From Dehalococcoidales bacterium (GTDB taxonomy: Bacteria > Chloroflexota > Dehalococcoidia > Dehalococcoidales > Fen-1064), in NCBI GenBank assembly GCA_020342155.1, contig CP070842.1, positions 398,388 through 456,522 on the forward strand: DNA of 58,135 nucleotides, given 5' to 3'. Positions within the stretch are counted from its first letter, which is position 1; each line of letters starts with the position of its first letter. Shown in pieces: positions 41,031 to 49,700 of this stretch. Under the pieces are notes generated by a model. That model had not been told where the DNA came from, did not search any database, and saw only the letters and a list, made by a program, of their open reading frames with translations. Made by a program: the position numbers and the translations under genes.

Positions 41031-41238
41031 GTATAATTCGGTTAGTTTTTACTGCTGAAATAAAGAAGATCAGCGGACCTTGAAAACCTGCTATTCACCC
41101 AGACAAGTTATTGGGGGCAGGTCAGCCCCGGTTATTAGCTGCTTCTTTATATATCTTGCTGTATATATCTTGCTGTATTGTATAATACCCACGGTAAGAA
41201 GTGGTTAAAAAGTGCCAAATTCGTAATGAGGTATAGAC

Positions 41239-41586
41239 GTGGAAAATAACGAAGAGCAGAGAGATACCAAACGCATCACAGGGCTAGCTTCAAAGCTAAG
41301 TGACCTAGTAGACTACCAAGACGATACCGTAGTAAGCAGGACAATAATTGATAAGAATACAGGAACTGTTACCTTGTTTTCTTTTAGTGCAGGGCAAGGC
41401 TTAAGTGAACACACAGCACCTTTCGATGCTCTAGTTTATATCTTTGACGGTGAAGCTGAGGTTACTATCTCTGGTAAGTCTAATCGACTTAAGGAAGGTG
41501 AGATGATTATAATGCCAGCCAACGAACCACATGCATTAAGAGCCATAAAGAAATTTAAAATGATGTTGGTGATGATTAAGTCTTGA
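41239..41586 (+). CDS. Cupin domain protein
   Basis: GQGLSEHTAPFDA, MPANEPHAL. Confidence 0.9.
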   Translation: MENNEEQRDTKRITGLASKLSDLVDYQDDTVVSRTIIDKNTGTVTLFSFSAGQGLSEHTAPFDALVYIFDGEAEVTISGKSNRLKEGEMIIMPANEPHALRAIKKFKMMLVMIKS

Positions 41587-41590
41587 AGGC

Positions 41591-41619
41591 TTGACTGGTT
41601 TTCTCCGAAGGGCTAAACT
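41591..41619 (+). promoter_or_regulatory. sigma70-type promoter
   Basis: TTGACT, 17 nt, TAAACT upstream of the zinc ribbon-HIT-DUF763 string. Confidence 0.65.
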
Positions 41620-41636
41620 GGATACGGAGAGAGAAA

Positions 41637-41867
41637 ATGCCGATATATGAGTACGTTTGCACCGACTGCGATAACAAGTTTGAGCTGATTCGCCCCATGA
41701 GCCAGTTTTCTGAAGCGGCCTCATGTCCTAATTGCCAGAAGCCGGCCGAGCGGATACTTTCCCGTTTTGCCTGCTTCACTACCGATGATAGCGGGATGCC
41801 GATGTCCCTGGCGGGTAACTCCTGCGATAGTTGTGGTGCCAGCGATTGCAGTTCCTGCAATATGTAG
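41637..41867 (+). CDS. FmdB-family zinc ribbon protein
   Basis: MPIYEYVCTDC...CPNC; Cys-rich tail. Confidence 0.88.
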   Translation: MPIYEYVCTDCDNKFELIRPMSQFSEAASCPNCQKPAERILSRFACFTTDDSGMPMSLAGNSCDSCGASDCSSCNM

Positions 41868-41879
41868 CGGTCTGGCACG

Positions 41880-42308
41880 ATGAGCGACTGTGTATTCTGT
41901 GATATTGTCGCCGGGACCGCTCCCGCCAGTATCGTTTATCAGGATGACGTTGTAATTGCTTTCATGGATATCAGACCTGTCAATCCCGGCCACCTTGTAG
42001 TCATTCCCAGAGAGCACAGCACTTCCTTGGCTGAGATGGATGAGGAGACCGGCATGTACCTCTTTAGTGTCACGATGCGTCTGGCGCAGGCGGTACGGGA
42101 TTCCGGCGTAAAGTGTGAAGGTATCAATCTCTTTGTGGCGGACGGGGAGGCAGCCGGTCAGGAAATCTTTCACCTGCATATACTCGTATTTCCCCGTTTT
42201 AAAAACGATTCCTTCAGGGTGAATGTCGACTGGTCAGTACAGCCTTCCCGTGACGAACTGGATGAGATTGCTGCCAGAATCAGCCGTGCGTACCAATCGC
42301 TTGCTTGA
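41880..42308 (+). CDS. HIT family protein
   Basis: DCVFC, DIRPVNPGH, AGQEIFHLHILV. Confidence 0.9.
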   Translation: MSDCVFCDIVAGTAPASIVYQDDVVIAFMDIRPVNPGHLVVIPREHSTSLAEMDEETGMYLFSVTMRLAQAVRDSGVKCEGINLFVADGEAAGQEIFHLHILVFPRFKNDSFRVNVDWSVQPSRDELDEIAARISRAYQSLA

Positions 42309-42311
42309 GGT

Positions 42312-43400
42312 TTGCAGTTGCAGTCAAGACGGACAGGTATCGCCAATCTACCCCTTCATCATGGCAGGGCACCGCGCTGGCTATTTGAACGTATGACCAG
42401 GCTGGCCCGGGAAATTACGATTGCTATTGTTGCCGAGTACGGTCCCGATGAGATGCTGCGAAGGTTATCACATCCCTACTGGTTTCAGGCCTTTGGCTGC
42501 GTGCTCGGTTTCGACTGGCATTCCAGCGGCGTTACCACCACCCTCTGCGGGGCTATGAAGGAAGGTGTGAAGGGAATCGAGCGGGAACTGGGGCTGTTCG
42601 TCGCTGGTGGTAAGGGGGCTACCTCCCGGCGGACACCGTCGGAGATAGAGGGGTGGGGAGACCGACTCTCGCTGGAACCGGCCCCGCTGGTGTATGCCAG
42701 CCGTATGTCGGCTAAAGTAGACAACTCAGCCGTCCAGGACGGTTACCAGCTCTACCACCACACCTTCCTCTTCACGGCTAAGGGTTCGTGGGCGGTTGTC
42801 CAGCAGGGTATGAACGACTCCAACCGTTACGCTCGCCGTTACCACTGGCTTGGTGAAACGGTAGCTGACTTTGTCAACGAGCCCCACTCGGCGATTGCCT
42901 CTCAGGCGAGAGGTACGACCCTAAACCTGGTGGCCGGGGAGAGCGAACCAGCCCGCAGCGCTATCAGCGAGATAGCCGTCAACGAGAGGCCGCAGGCGAT
43001 AGTAATCGACCTTAAGAAGCTAAAGATCCTGAGTCTGCCAGCCCATCACCCGATTGGAATTAACGACCTTCACCCTGACAGTATCAACCGGATTCTACTC
43101 AGCATTTACGAAAAACAGCCGCAGGGATTCGAGCAGCTACTTGGCCTGCGGGGGGTGGGTGCCAAGACCCTGCGCGCCCTTAGCCTGATTGCTGAGCTTG
43201 TCCACGGGGTAGCCCCCAGCTACCAGGACCCCACCCGTTACAGCTTTGCACACGGCGGCAAGGACGGTTACCCCTATCCAGTTGATAAAGAGACCTATGA
43301 TAAGTCGATTGAGCTGCTGGCCAAATCCGTCAACCGGGCAAAGCTGGGTCTCAACGAGAAGCGGGAGGCACTAAACAGGCTGGGAGAGATGCGGCGATAG
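42312..43400 (+). CDS. DUF763 family protein
   Basis: LPLH.G.AP.WLF, GFDWHSSGVTT, SFAHGGKDG.PYPV. Confidence 0.88.
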   Translation: MQLQSRRTGIANLPLHHGRAPRWLFERMTRLAREITIAIVAEYGPDEMLRRLSHPYWFQAFGCVLGFDWHSSGVTTTLCGAMKEGVKGIERELGLFVAGGKGATSRRTPSEIEGWGDRLSLEPAPLVYASRMSAKVDNSAVQDGYQLYHHTFLFTAKGSWAVVQQGMNDSNRYARRYHWLGETVADFVNEPHSAIASQARGTTLNLVAGESEPARSAISEIAVNERPQAIVIDLKKLKILSLPAHHPIGINDLHPDSINRILLSIYEKQPQGFEQLLGLRGVGAKTLRALSLIAELVHGVAPSYQDPTRYSFAHGGKDGYPYPVDKETYDKSIELLAKSVNRAKLGLNEKREALNRLGEMRR

Positions 43401-43922
43401 CTACGCCCTGTAGTGGGTATCCTTTGAGGGCTTGTCTTTTATAAACCCCGTGATTGTCGTCGGCGTCTTTGTGCCGCAGCGGCAGCAGATCTGGGCGTAC
43501 CAGTCCAGTGAGACACCACAAAACTGGCAGCGTATCCGCTCGTATTCCTCCTGGCACCACTCGTAGACCCCTATCTGCTGCTGGCGGCGGATGCTCTTTA
43601 TAACCTGGCTGTGATGAGGCACGCCGTCATTATTAAACTTTATAATGAGGCCGCAGGGGAATTTCGAGCAGTCAGAGCAGCGGGTTACTCCTCTGGTAGT
43701 CAAGGCGCACCTTTTTATCTCGCATTCAGCGCAATACGGGCTGTGTGGCCCCTCACTGAGGCAGCCTTCGCAACGGACTTCTTCGACTGGAACGCTCAGG
43801 CGTTCGGCCATTGTCTTGAGAACGTTGTCGGCGTCCTTACGATCACGGTCATGCCGTACACGATACAGGGTGCAGGCCCCACAGTATAGTCCGCAGACCC
43901 CGGCAAGATGTTCACCTTCCAT
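43401..43922 (-). CDS. DUF3795-family Cys-rich protein, paralog 1
   Basis: CGLYCGAC, CEGC, C..C.I..C, CSDC..FPC, C-terminal CQFCG...CRCG. Confidence 0.8.
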   Translation of the reverse strand: MEGEHLAGVCGLYCGACTLYRVRHDRDRKDADNVLKTMAERLSVPVEEVRCEGCLSEGPHSPYCAECEIKRCALTTRGVTRCSDCSKFPCGLIIKFNNDGVPHHSQVIKSIRRQQQIGVYEWCQEEYERIRCQFCGVSLDWYAQICCRCGTKTPTTITGFIKDKPSKDTHYRA

Positions 43923-43971
43923 AGCTAGTATACCTTTCTGGGATTATGTGCGGGTACATAGATTAATCGTA

Positions 43972-43995
43972 TAGTCTGTATGGTTGGCATGTCAA
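43972..43995 (-). promoter_or_regulatory. Promoter and operator region of DUF3795 paralog 1
   Basis: TTGACA followed by tgccaacCATACAGAC and a TACGAT-like -10. Confidence 0.45.
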
Positions 43996-44032
43996 GCCAG
44001 TATAACAACTTGGCTGATGCCCGGGATAGCAA

Positions 44033-44554
44033 TTACGCCCGGTAATGGGTATAGTTTGAGGGTCTATCCTTAAGGAAACCGGTTATCGTTTGGGCGTTCC
44101 TGGTGCCGCAGCGGTAGCAGGTCTGAGCGTACCAGTCCAGCGAGACACCACAGAACTGGCACCGTATCCGCTCGTATTCCTCCTGGCACCACTCGTAGAC
44201 GCCTATCGTCTGTTGACGGCGGATGTTCTTAAGACAATCAGCGTGGTGCGGTACGCCGCTATTACTGAAGCTGGTAATGAGGTCGCAGGGGAAGTCCGGG
44301 CAGTCGGAACAGCGAGAAACGCCCGGCTTACTGGCAGCACACTGTGCTATCTCGCACTGCTCGGAAAATATATTGGAGTATCCTTCATGCAGGCAGCCTT
44401 CACAGTTGACCTGTTCTACGGATATATTCAGTTGCGCACTCACCCGCTGCAGAATTCTCTCCGAATTCTTCCGGTCTATATCATGCCTGACGCGGTAAAA
44501 ACTGCAGGCGCCACAATATATTCCACAGGCAGCAGCCAGATGTTCGCCTTCTAT
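44033..44554 (-). CDS. DUF3795-family Cys-rich protein, paralog 2 (ATA at start position)
   Basis: Same 522-nt length as paralog 1; (I/M)EGEHLAAACGIYCGAC...; SD AGAAAGGT at the same spacing; in-frame TAG 8 codons upstream. Confidence 0.75.
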   Translation of the reverse strand: MEGEHLAAACGIYCGACSFYRVRHDIDRKNSERILQRVSAQLNISVEQVNCEGCLHEGYSNIFSEQCEIAQCAASKPGVSRCSDCPDFPCDLITSFSNSGVPHHADCLKNIRRQQTIGVYEWCQEEYERIRCQFCGVSLDWYAQTCYRCGTRNAQTITGFLKDRPSNYTHYRA

Positions 44555-44597
44555 AGTCGTTCTACCTTTCTTAGACTAGGTGCAAGCACGCACACTG

Positions 44598-44627
44598 ATA
44601 ATATCGTCTTACTGGTCTGTATGTCAA
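44598..44627 (-). promoter_or_regulatory. Promoter of DUF3795 paralog 2
   Basis: TTGACA, 18 nt, TATTAT; CATACAGAC overlaps the -35. Confidence 0.5.
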
Positions 44628-44636
44628 GACAGGGTG

Positions 44637-45089
44637 TCAGCCAGACTGGCGACCCGGATAGTAATTCAGGTGCTTACCCAGGTCTTTCCAACCGTGACGC
44701 ATATAGACGGGGTAGCCGAGCTCGCTGGGGCGGTTCACCTGAAGCTCGTAGCAGCCTTTCTCGGTGGCCTTGCTGATGGCTGCTTCAAGGAGCCCACCGC
44801 CAACGCCTTTACCCCGAGCCTGCTCTGTGACGATGAACTCCTCGATGCAGGAATAAATACCACCACAGCGTATTGCTACCGGATAGGACAGGGTCAGCAA
44901 GCCCAGCATTTGCCCGTCCTCTTCGGCGACCAGAACCGTACCCTTTTCCTCTTCAATTACCTGCCTGAAGGTCTCGATAGAGCTCGGCTGGTTAATGGGG
45001 CTTTCCGTGGTTGCCGAGGTCATCAGCTGCCGTAACAGGTCGAACACCTCTTTCTGGTCCTCAATTGTCGCTTCACGAATATTAACCAT
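44637..45089 (-). CDS. GNAT acetyltransferase
   Basis: IREAT, IEEFIV...RGKGVG; likely ATG 45089. Confidence 0.87.
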   Translation of the reverse strand: MVNIREATIEDQKEVFDLLRQLMTSATTESPINQPSSIETFRQVIEEEKGTVLVAEEDGQMLGLLTLSYPVAIRCGGIYSCIEEFIVTEQARGKGVGGGLLEAAISKATEKGCYELQVNRPSELGYPVYMRHGWKDLGKHLNYYPGRQSG

Positions 45090-45825
45090 CGCTTGTTCTC
45101 TCTCCATTCTCTGTATTCGCTGTGGAATCCAACGGTTGGGATATGGACTTTTTTGTCACCAGGAGATAACCGCCAGCCACCCCACCTAAAATAACGGCAA
45201 CACCAGCGGTTGCCGCGGCGCAGTAGATTGCGGTGTTATACCAGAAATCGCGGGGGAAAAGGAGCACCATATAGCCTTCGGTCGACCAGAACTCATTAGA
45301 GAAGCTGAGGAGATGGAACTGGAGGAAGAGCTGGTCGAAATCTAAAAACGTGCCTATTCCCAGGGCCAGCATCAGGACCAGCGTGATGCCGCCGCCAATA
45401 AGAGTTGCCTTTGCCAGCCCCCGCCAGTACTGGGGCCGTCGCCACAGCAGGCTTGTGACAGCATAGCCAGCTACGAAGATGCCCGTTCCCAGAAGCACAT
45501 AGAAGTCGAGCCGGAACAGCCCCTTGACGTCCCGGAAGTGAAGGATTTCATCCTCGGTGAATAGCTCAAAAGACTGCCCGTCCTTGCTGGCGGTGATGTT
45601 GACGAATTCCTCGCCTGAGTTGAAGTAGTCAATCAATTCGGTGGCTATCTGTTCCAGTTCCGCCTGACTCAGGCCGGTGGTCTGGGCAACATCGTACCGG
45701 TCAAAGCCAGAGGTATAGAGCCAGTGACTGTTGGCCGCCCACCAGATGCTGGCGGTCAGCAGCAGAAAGGGCAAACATAGCACGAAGAGCCACCTGGCAG
45801 TGATACCCGGAATCTTTAATCTCAT
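45082..45825 (-). CDS. Integral membrane protein (DUF1461/TIGR01906-like)
   Basis: EILHFRDVKGLF, FDQLFLQFH..FSNEFW, LFP; about 4 TM segments. Confidence 0.8.
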   Translation of the reverse strand: MRLKIPGITARWLFVLCLPFLLLTASIWWAANSHWLYTSGFDRYDVAQTTGLSQAELEQIATELIDYFNSGEEFVNITASKDGQSFELFTEDEILHFRDVKGLFRLDFYVLLGTGIFVAGYAVTSLLWRRPQYWRGLAKATLIGGGITLVLMLALGIGTFLDFDQLFLQFHLLSFSNEFWSTEGYMVLLFPRDFWYNTAIYCAAATAGVAVILGGVAGGYLLVTKKSISQPLDSTANTENGERTSDG

Positions 45826-45865
45826 CTCTGCTGAGATTGTACACTGTTGGTGTTGTTATTGTCAT

Positions 45866-46102
45866 GGAAATACTCCCCCTAGCCCCCTTCCTTTTCTAAA
45901 GGAAGGGGAAGGAAAAGAGGGGCTTCGCCCCTCTTAGACACTCCGTTAATAAATCTGTTAGCACCCTAGCCTTGTAGCATGGTACTCTCTAAGGTGCGAA
46001 CGACTTCTGCCCAAAAATTGGTCCTACACCGTTTTGGGGAGTCCAGAGGGGTGAAATCCCTCTGGAACGGGGGTTCAAGGGGGCGTCCCCCTTGATTTTC
46101 CG
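45866..46102 (+). repeat. Multi-hairpin GC-rich interspersed element (REP/MITE-like), copy A
   Basis: Four stems (cccttccttt/aaaggaaggg, aagagggg/cccctctt, tccagaggg/ccctctgga, tcaaggggg/cccccttga); reverse-complement homolog at 56895-57136. Confidence 0.8.
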
Positions 46103-46130
46103 TCTATCTGAGTGGTAGAATCAGGATTAG

Positions 46131-46682
46131 ATGGAAGAGCTGATTAATGATTACCAGTTTGGACTGGATGAGGCCGGTTGTGCCCCCGGCAGCGGGTTCT
46201 ATACCCTGAAGGTGACCCTGACACGTGACATCAGCGCTATCCTGCCTTACCTGAATGCACTCTTCGATAATACCCGCTATGACCATGATAACCGTATTCT
46301 GATTTGTGAAAAGGATAAGCATGGCTATGCTTTTCGTTCTCTGGATATCAGGGTATCCGGCATTGTTGATGTGTCCGATGTCCCTCAGGTCGCCAAAGAG
46401 GTAGTCGACCGGGTCAATCAGGTCTGGCAAGAGCGTGACCAGATTACACCGAATTTTAATGAACGTAAACTTCCGACAGTGATTGAAATTTACCAGCTAT
46501 TACCCAAGACAAACTGTAAGGAGTGCGGCTATCTTACCTGTCTTGCCTTCGCTGCCGAACTCCGCACCGACCCAGGACTAATGGCACAGTGTCTGCCCCT
46601 GATGCAGTCCGAGCATGCTAGTAATCGGAAAGGGATTGAGGCTCTTTTCTCACCGGGAGAGGTCACTCAGTCGTCCCCATAA
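46131..46682 (+). CDS. (Fe-S)-binding domain protein
   Basis: LPKTNCKECGYLTCLAFA...CLPL. Confidence 0.82.
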   Translation: MEELINDYQFGLDEAGCAPGSGFYTLKVTLTRDISAILPYLNALFDNTRYDHDNRILICEKDKHGYAFRSLDIRVSGIVDVSDVPQVAKEVVDRVNQVWQERDQITPNFNERKLPTVIEIYQLLPKTNCKECGYLTCLAFAAELRTDPGLMAQCLPLMQSEHASNRKGIEALFSPGEVTQSSP

Positions 46683-46770
46683 TCCCACATCGTGAAAATC
46701 CCCCTGTTAAAACACCTTTCAAATGACCCCGGCTGTGCTATAATTGCTTATCATGTCGGCAGGGGGTTTG

Positions 46771-49700
46771 ATGTTCACACATCTCCATGTACATACCGAG
46801 TACAGCCTGCTTGATGGCATGTGCCGCATACCCCGACTGGTCTCACGGGCTAAAGAGTTGGGTATGGATAGTCTGGCGATAACCGACCACGGGGTGATGC
46901 ATGGGGCTATTGAGTTCTACCAGACAGCCAGAGAGGCCGGTATCAAACCCATCATTGGTTGTGAGGTCTATGTGGCGCCGGACAGCCACCTCAGTCGTAC
47001 TGCCGGTGATAAAAACAACTACCATCTCATCCTGCTGGCACGGAACCAGACGGGTTACCGTAACCTTCTTCAACTTACCACCAAAGCCCATTTGGAGGGC
47101 TTCTACTACAGACCAAGGGTAGACAAGGAGCTTCTTCAGGAGCACCATCAGGGGCTGATTGCGCTGTCTGCCTGCCTTTCTGGGGAGGTATCGCGTCTTA
47201 TCACCGAGGGGAGACTCGGTGAGGCGAAACAGGCTGCTCTTTGGTACAAAGAGACCTTCGGTGATTTCTATCTGGAGATACAGCGGTACCCCATCCCGGA
47301 ACTGGAGCAGACGAACCAGGCTTTAATTGGCATGAGCCGTGAGTTGGACGTACCGCTGGTGGCCAGCGGTGACATCCATTACGTACGTCAGGAGGATGCC
47401 GCTGCCCATGACCTGCTGCTCTGTATCGGCACCAACACCTCTGTAAACGATGAGAAACGGCTGAAGATGTCGGGAGACTTTTTCTACCTGAAAAGTCCCC
47501 AGGAGATGGTCGAGTTCTATCAGGATATACCCGAGGCGATTGAGAATACCCAACACATTGCTGAGATGTGTAACCTGAAACTCGATTTCGGACGGCTCCA
47601 CCTGCCTGAAATCGGGCTGCCCGAGGGTAAGACGGCTGACGAGTACCTCTCCGAGCTCTGTTACGAGGCGTTGCCCCGCTATTATCCCGACGCCTCCCCG
47701 ACGATAAAGGAGCGCCTTGCCTATGAGCTAGATGTAATCAAGCGCACCGGATATGCCAACTATATCCTGGTGGTCTGGGACATAATCTCCTTTGCTAGGA
47801 AGCAGGGTATACTGTTCGGGGTCAGGGGTAGTGCTGCTTCCAGCCTGGTACTCCGTTGCTTGGGCATTACGGAAATCGACCCTGTTGAACACGGGTCGGT
47901 GTTCGAGCGCTTTCTCAACGTAGAGCGCGTCGAGATGCCGGATGTTGACCTGGATTTCGAGGACGAGCGTCGTGACGAGGTTATTGCTTACCTGACACAG
48001 AAATACGGACACGACCACGTTGCCCAGATTATCACCTTCGGTACCCTGGGCGCGAGGGCAGCCATTCGTGATGTCGGTCGGGCCTTGGGAATGCCCTACG
48101 CCGATGTTGACCGGGTCGCCCGGCTTGTCCCCTTTGGACCGGGCATGACACTCGCCCGAGCGCTGGAGGAGAATGTCGAGCTGCGTGCCATGTATCAGCA
48201 GGACAGCATCATCCGTAATCTGGTTGACTCGGCAAGGAGTGTTGAGGGCGTCGCCCGTCATGCCAGCACTCACGCCGCCGGGGTCGTTATCTCTAAGGAA
48301 CCCCTCACCCGACACGTTCCTCTCCAACGGGCAAGCAGGGGCAATGACAATGGCGAATCGGCTGTCATGGTCCAGTATGCCATGGACGATATCGCCCAAA
48401 TCGGCTTGTTGAAATTAGACATCCTGGGTCTGGCCAACCTGACGATACTGGGTAAGGCGAGGGAGATTATCAAGCAAAGTCGAGGAGTCGATATTGACTT
48501 GTTTGATATCCCTATGGATGATGTCCGTACCTTCGAGATGCTGGCCTCGGGAGAGACGGGCGGTGTTTTCCAGCTTGAAGGTGCCGGTATGCGCCGCTAC
48601 ATCAGGGAGCTTAAACCGACCACCTTCAGTGATATCGCCGTCATGGTTGCCCTCTACCGCCCCGGCCCGATGGAGCAAATCCCCACCTTTATTAAGGCGA
48701 AACATGGCGTCGAGCCGATTCGTTATCCACACGCTGCTCTGACTGATATCCTCGAAGAGACCTATGGAGTGATTGTTTATCAGGAGCAGGTACTGTTTAT
48801 TGTGCAGGCCTTGGCTGGTTACAGTCTTGGTCAGGCCGATATTCTGCGTAAGGCAATGGGTAAGAAGATTCCGGAAGTCATGAGAAAAGAGAAGCGTAAT
48901 TTTGTCGCCGGTGCCCGGAAAAATGGCTTCCCCGAAAAACTGGCTGAAGAGGTCTTTACCCTGATTGAACCATTTGCTGGCTATGCCTTTAACAAAGCTC
49001 ACGCCGTCAGCTACGCTCTTATTGCCTACCAGACTGCGTATCTCAAGGCAAACTACCCGGCGGAGTATATGACTGCCTTCCTGAGCGTTCATGCTGGTCA
49101 GGCGGACAAGGTAGCCAGCGGTGTCTCTGAGTGCCAGCGTCTACGCCTAGAGGTACTACCTCCGGATATCAACCGGAGCCAGGCCAACTTTTCCATTGAG
49201 CTCACCGACGGTGGCGAGCCAGCGATCCGCTTCGGGTTGACTGCTATCAAGAACACGGGCCTCGGGGCTATTGAACCGCTTATAGCTGAGCGTGACCAGG
49301 ATGGCGACTTTAAGTCTATTGAGGAATTGTGCCGTCGCTGTGATCTGGGTGGTGTCAACCGACGCGTGATGGAGAGTCTGGTTAAGGCCGGGGCGCTGGA
49401 CTGCCTCGGGAGCCGGGGTGCCCTGCTTAATAACGTCGACCGTGTCCTGTCGCTGGCTCAGCGCGAACAGCGCCTGCGAGAAAGTGGTCAGACTACCATG
49501 TTCGATCTCTGGGGGAAGACAGTACCAGCTCCGCTGGCTAACTTGGAGATCGACGGCTTTGAGGTCTCGGACAGGGAGAAGTCCACCTGGGAGAAAGAGT
49601 TGATGGGGGTAAGTCTCTCGGTGCGTCCGTTCGTTCCAGAGGGTGATACCACCCTTTGCGACCAGGTCACGGCCGACTTGGTCGGCCAGATGGTTACGGT

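Noticed and set aside
41060-41150. SRP RNA or 6S RNA identity for the hairpin
   Set aside because: No SRP domain IV signature, and too short with no central bubble for 6S; kept only as an unassigned structure.
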